Shown here piece by piece: positions 60,903 to 63,179 of a stretch of 63,179 nucleotides of DNA. A program made the position numbers and the translations under genes. The stretch covers positions 975,328 through 1,038,506 of the forward strand of contig NW_004797304.1 of the NCBI RefSeq assembly GCF_000002075.1, written 5' to 3'. The notes beneath the pieces are model-generated. The model searched no databases and had not been told where the DNA came from. It saw only the letters and a list, made by a program, of their open reading frames with translations. The DNA is from Aplysia californica (lineage: Eukaryota). Position 1 is the first letter of the stretch. The number at the start of each line of letters is the position of its first letter.

Positions 60903-61287
60903 GGGGGAAGCACACAGAGGGAGTGACAGAGAGGAAGAGATAGATAGAGAGGAATAAGGAGAGAGACAAAAAGACAGATAGCATCAGACAGAGTAGGAAT
61001 ATGTGTTGATATGTACATGAACTATGCATTATTGAAGCTGGCGAAAAAACACTGTCAATTTCTTCCAACTGACATTTCTTTCTGATCAGACCCCATCTTT
61101 AAAAGCTCTTTAAAAAAAATAAAGTTAACGTCCTCTACAACAAGCTCACCCATCACTCGCTGCACAGAATTCATGGTTTTGCCAATGCCATGTGTGATGG
61201 TGCCCAGTATGGAGCCTTTGTCCAGAATGCTGCTGATCCTGTGCTGGGGGATCTCGGCCGGCGCTATCACATCCCAGTCCTCCAGCT
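56925..61287 (-). CDS. TBC1D25: TBC1 domain family member 25 (OATL1) Rab-GAP, 5'-partial (earlier exons lie beyond the window)
   Basis: complement(join(56925..59191,61150..61287)). Arg finger KKDVLRTD, Gln finger YCQGMSD, FCYRWFLLELKREF; split TBC with C-terminal LPPPQEFGSGNPFLMFLC; upstream exon has the LEDWDVI LC3-interacting motif typical of TBC1D25. Confidence 0.9.
59618..60513 (+). mobile_element. piggyBac-like non-autonomous element (~0.9 kb) in TBC1D25 last intron
   Basis: TTAA TSD; TIR CTCTTTGGCT(A/G)CCA; retains an acidic N-terminal peptide MADNPLGSRPSQRF...SDSDVGGDEVRPESDSSDSDENED typical of piggyBac transposase starts. Confidence 0.8.
60828..60898. repeat. (GA)n microsatellite
   Basis: Direct reading. 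Confidence 0.95.
61150..61287 (-). CDS. TBC1D25: TBC1D25 internal exon with LIR motif (LEDWDVIAP)
   Basis: TTTGTTCTCAG acceptor, G|GTGAGC donor, 138 nt; phase 1 matches the last exon. Confidence 0.88.
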
Positions 61288-61299
61288 CTGAGAACAAAT

Positions 61300-61465
61300 G
61301 TTTTAGTTTTAGTTGTTAGAGTTTTATGGAACTTGCAACACAACTAGATGTATATAAGTGCCAAAGATTTGAGGTATCTAAGAGAGTAACAAACATTAAA
61401 AAAGAAGGAGGGGAGATCAGGACAATAGATGTTTGATAGCAAAGAAGGAGCAAACCACACCAGAA
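61300..61465 (-). mobile_element. Diverged family B copy abutting the TBC1D25 exon acceptor
   Basis: Colinear with 9042-9219; (TTTTAG)n tail on the plus strand. Confidence 0.7.
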
Positions 61466-62577
61466 GACATTCAGATAATAACGAGGAGGGAATAAAGAAA
61501 TAAAACACATCAGTGGTGACCTCCAACCACTCACAGAAAAGAAAGCTAATGAGTAAAGGTTTGTCAAATGTAGTAACTTTGGACATGAAAGATGTGATTT
61601 ATTACAAACAATTTAAAATACAACTGCATATAAAGTGTTGCCTTTGCCATATTGATGACATGAGATATATGATTGAATATTCAGTTCGTTTAAAGATAAC
61701 TGTATTTACAATGGCAACCTTTAAGAGTACAAACGTACATTTATTATAATGTTAAGGCAGTGGTACCTAAAACCAGTCACTACCTAATTCAAGATGCCCT
61801 GAGGGTGGTGGGAAAGTTTTGCAAAATTTTCGGAATTATTATATTATTTCACTCAAGGCATATAAAGTTTCAATTCTGACAGGAACCAGAAAAGGAAAAA
61901 AAAATTAACCTCATCGTTCTGGACCAAAAATTAGGGGGAAACCATACTACCATAAAACCACAATACATTGAAACGAAAAAAAGATGCTTAAAAAATGGGG
62001 AAAAGCATAAACACATGAAATAAAATACAACAGCATTCACTATCACCATACCTGAGTGAGGGTAATTAATTGAGTTAACATTTATAGCACTCCAGAGGCC
62101 TAAAGTTTGTTCAAGCGGAATCAAAGCACAAGAGTAAACTAGTGCAAGTTGGCAATTCCTTCTACAGCCTTCTGACTTCATATCAGAACCCCTGTCTATT
62201 ACTTATTTATCATCTCAAAGGCCAAAGCAGAGGCAGAACATGGCGAGGAAAGGTTACCTAAATTTACAGGAATTGATCCACACTCAGCTGAGTCAGTCCT
62301 CAGTGCTTATGGAGACTGTGTGGTAAAAGTTCACCACAGAACTAATTATAACTAAATTATTCATGCACAAATACTGTGTCATGTTCACTGCTTCATGTAT
62401 CTATCAACAAATCTAGTGTTCTGGCCGCTGTGCTGCTGATGACGAAGATGATGATGATGACCGTTCTCCACAGGCACAGATGACATTGACTTCACATCAC
62501 TAGGAATGAAGTCAGGACTTGTGCGTGAATTTGATTAAAGTGAAGCCTATGCAGGAGACGTATGAGCGAAAATGTGT

Positions 62578-62748
62578 CTTAGTAAAAGACTTACAGCACT
62601 TGCAACACACAAGGTTGCGTAAATTCCGAAGATTAGTGGTGTTACAACAGAGTAACAAACACAAAAAGGAAAGAGGAGAGATATAGGATGATCAATGTTT
62701 TATATGAAAGAAGAAGCAAACCACACCAGAGCACCCATCAAACATCCA
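62578..62748 (-). mobile_element. Diverged family B copy
   Basis: Colinear with 9042-9219. Confidence 0.7.
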
Positions 62749-63090
62749 TTGAGTGAGAACTGTGGTTTGTACAGTCTTTGTCTACCGGCATGGTAGACAG
62801 ATATCAAAGTCTGTTTATTACACCTCTCACTATCCACATGGCTTCTGTGTCCTACCTATACAGAGGGTCAGTGATATGCTTCAACTAATCAGCACAAAAC
62901 AAATTATGTTACATAGGTCAACTATGAAGAGTGAGTGGGTGGCCATCAATGGAATTGGATCAAAACAACTTATTTACCGGTGTAAGTGTGTATATCAGTG
63001 TGTTGTGCACATATTTATGTGTGTTCACATTGCAAGTATCAGTTGGTATACATATATATATACATATCTATGTTGCAAACATAAAGACCT

Positions 63091-63179
63091 CTGGGCTCCT
63101 GACTCTTTCTGCAGCCTTTCTACTGCTACTCCTTGGCTCCTCCTTACTGCTGTCTTTCTGCCACACCCCTGATCTTCTG
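63091..63179 (+). mobile_element. Fragment of the same SINE body (runs off window)
   Basis: CTGGGCTCCTGACTCTTT...CTGATCTTCT matches ~40167-40252. Confidence 0.7.

Overview
This is eukaryotic (metazoan) genomic DNA. It is probably an invertebrate such as a gastropod mollusc, an inference from gene architecture and repeat content only. Three spliced genes can be reconstructed by hand with GT-AG, phase-consistent introns. (1) CBLL1/Hakai on the minus strand: 5 coding exons, 5773-11004, about 799 aa, with a RING-HC + C2H2/HYB region and a roughly 650-aa Q/N/G/P/M/H low-complexity tail. (2) An MBD4/MeCP2-type gene on the plus strand: 8 coding exons, 22536-36799, about 904 aa, combining an MBD, MeCP2-like TRD/AT-hook motifs and the MBD4 HhH glycosylase. 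It lies head-to-head with Hakai around a likely bidirectional promoter near 16.75-17.3 kb. (3) The 3' part of TBC1D25/OATL1 on the minus strand, whose last exon appears twice because a ~5.7-kb segment is repeated either side of a 100-N gap (most likely an uncollapsed assembly overlap). Introns and intergenic DNA hold many mobile elements. These include a degenerate Merlin/IS1595-type transposon, pogo/Tigger-like, piggyBac-like, P/hAT-like and Kolobok-like non-autonomous elements, and a THAP remnant. At least three structurally different short retroelements (one a tRNA-headed Deu/Nin-domain SINE) share one LINE-type 3' stem-loop tail. No prokaryotic systems, CRISPR arrays, rRNA or intact tRNA genes were seen.
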